Below, in pieces: positions 61,626-64,000 of a stretch of DNA of 64,000 bases. Within the stretch, counting starts at the first letter, position 1. Each line of letters begins with the position of its first letter. This DNA is from Zootoca vivipara (lineage: Eukaryota), in contig NC_083278.1 in NCBI RefSeq assembly GCF_963506605.1, forward strand, positions 95,294,001 through 95,358,000, read 5' to 3'. The notes under the pieces were generated by a model. It did not search any database. It was not told the DNA's origin and was given only the letters and a program-made list of their open reading frames with translations. Both the position numbers and the translations under genes were made by a program.

Positions 61626-64000
61626 GTAAGGGCGGCCGGGAAGGGAGAGGCCTACACGCCCCCCTCCCCAACAACCGTAGCTTTCTGGGTTTCGGGCGGC
61701 GCGGGTTACCCTGTTTCTAAGGCGTACCAGATCCAGAATAATTTATCTCCATTGCGTGTCACTGAATTGCTTGTGGAGCCTTGTTCTGTGGTGCTAAGAT
61801 GTTTGGTGCAATAATTTCTTTCTTTTTAAAAAAAACTATTACTTTTCTATATATACTGTAATAAAGTTTATTTATTTATTTATTCTCCCTTTCTCCCTTT
61901 TTGACCTGACTCTGGGGGTCAAGGCGGCTTTAAGATAAAAGAGAAACAGATCGTTGCAATACAAACATCACAGCACCAGCCGTTTCCTTAAATATAATTT
62001 TAAATGCAGTAAACCACAACAGCAGCTAGCCTTGTCATTTTTGGGGGTGGGAACAGGGGAAGCATATCGGCAGCTTAAAATTAGAACCATGACTTAGATG
62101 CATATTAAAGGCTCCGATCCTATAAGTCTCTCCAGGTGTTTCCTTTGGTCTGAGGCAGTGCTGTTTTTCTAGAAAAAGAAGAACTCTCCATGAACTCACT
62201 CATTCTCCTAGAATGGCAATGGTGCCCACCTGAGAGGTACTGGAACTGAGTTCCAGTGAGTTCTGGCTGGAAAAAAAGCCCTGATCTGAGCAGGTTGTCT
62301 TGATTTATTGTTTCTCATCTCATAGATGAATGGATGCCAGGTGTAAAAGTATAGAGGACTCATCTTGACTCTGGCAAGGGACTGAGGTGCTGTCCTTGGT
62401 ACTTGTCAAATAGATTTCCAGGGCAAACAGGTTAGAGACCAGGACCTTTGATGCTGATCATAAGGCGCTAGAAGGCTCATGTGGGTGAAGGTGGCCTTTT
62501 AAGGTTAACCCAATATATAACATTAATTCTGAAAATGAATGAAGTTATAATTCAGTGGTTGAAGTTTCATGAAATTTTCATGGTTCCAGGATCTGGTGAA
62601 AATAGTGATAATATAGATGGCTATTGTATGATTCTTTTTTAAAATTGCTTTTTCTAAATGTTTAAAATTGTTCACATACAGCGTATTACAGTGAAAGTAT
62701 ACATGTTTATTTGGAAGTTCAATTGTGGCTTAGTAGGCTACTTTAGGAGTGCAGCCTTTGTGATTCTTGCAGCAGATGTATTGACTAGGCCAGTATTATC
62801 GCCATATTACAGGGTTGTATTCTTTCTCATCAAAGTGAACTGAAGTATGTTATAGTCTAAAAAAGGGGGGGGGTTAAAATAGACTTTTAAACCATAAATG
62901 ATGGAGACTACCTTGTGCCTTAAAAATAGAGCTGAGCATTACCTTTGCATGGAGATGAGGACCATTCCTGCCTTGGCATCCTTGTTTTTGTAACCCGAGA
63001 AAGGCAGGAAAAGCACAAACTTATCAAGCTTTTTTTGCGGGGAGGGGAAGCATTTGGCCTGATGGTTAAAAATTGCCTAGGCATGGTATATGTGCTGAGT
63101 CTCAGGCTGTTGAAGTAACAGTAGCATGATTTGCATGTACCTTTATACCACAGTTTAAAATAAACTATGGTTTAATTTGAAAAGCAGTGGAATGGTCCCC
63201 CTCCCCATATACTGTATAGACCACACCTATAGCACACACAGTCTCACACATACACACTTTGACACATACAAACATACACACACATATCTCTCTCACACGC
63301 ACACACACAGAGAGAAATACTGCCTTTTGCTTTTCACAGAATGTTTTGTGAAGATTAAAATGAGGTGTTTTCTACCCCCCCCCCAATCATCTAGCTTCAG
63401 CTTTAAACAAACAACAGTTTCCCAAGTTTGGATGCAACAATCCAAATGTTACTTCAGCTGAAATAGTCACATATTTTTTCTGTGTTTACTTCTGTCTCCA
63501 CTTCTCTCCGCTGTTTCCCCTAAATTTTTCCCCCTTAACCCATGTAAAGGCACTGTTTGCATTTTTTGGCTCCAACATGTTTTGGGTCATTCTTCTGAGT
63601 CTGCATGAATTGGTCATAAAAAGGATGTGAAATATATTCCCTGCTCATCCAGAGCCCTTCTTACCCGTTTATTAAGGCCTTTTCCTATGGCACCATTGGC
63701 CTGTTGTTGAGGGATGCTCTGTGACAGACATCCTCGCTTAGGATGGGTGCTGGGAAACATGGCTACTATTTATGTGTGTTTGTTGGTTCAATCCCTCTCT
63801 GTAGTCCCATAGCAGAGGTTTTGTATTATCGGTTTGTGGAAGCATGCTTGTGAAGGGGACTCTGTGACCACTCAGTCCTTGCCCAGAAGAACTAAGAAAG
63901 AATGAGGAACTTTTAAAACAAAACAGGAACTTTATTTGTTTACACATAAAGAGATTATAGCTTAGTGGGTACTTTTGCAAGGCACAATACTTTGTTTCCA

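Noticed and set aside
61626-64000. Second coding exon of NSL1
   Set aside because: No segment resembling FESAVQENISING found by eye; probably beyond the window.

Overview
Vertebrate genomic DNA from a squamate, very probably a lacertid lizard (Sauria SINEs, BovB, L2/CR1 tails, hAT/Tigger MITEs, Penelope fragments). It is the conserved block VASH2 - FLVCR1 - SPATA45 - TATDN3 - NSL1 (human 1q32.3 synteny, reversed here). Exons were reconstructed by hand from splice sites and similarity to the human proteins as I recall them. FLVCR1 (minus, 10 coding exons, 542 aa), TATDN3 (minus, 10 exons, 267 aa) and SPATA45 (plus, 2 coding exons, 86 aa) are complete. Only the first coding exons of VASH2 (minus, runs off the left edge) and NSL1 (plus, head-to-head with TATDN3) are present. 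Most ORFs in the supplied track are spurious or TE-derived, and I see no prokaryote-type system. The most unusual structures are: a 123-bp perfect inverted repeat whose arms each carry a hammerhead-ribozyme-like core (48536-48911); an intact-looking Penelope-type minimal hammerhead (16339-16376); a hAT MITE family carrying arrays of 60-bp CpG-rich palindromes with ETS/YY1 motifs; a GC-AG intron in FLVCR1; and a hAT element with a possibly captured internal segment. TE family names come from recognition only; no database search was run.
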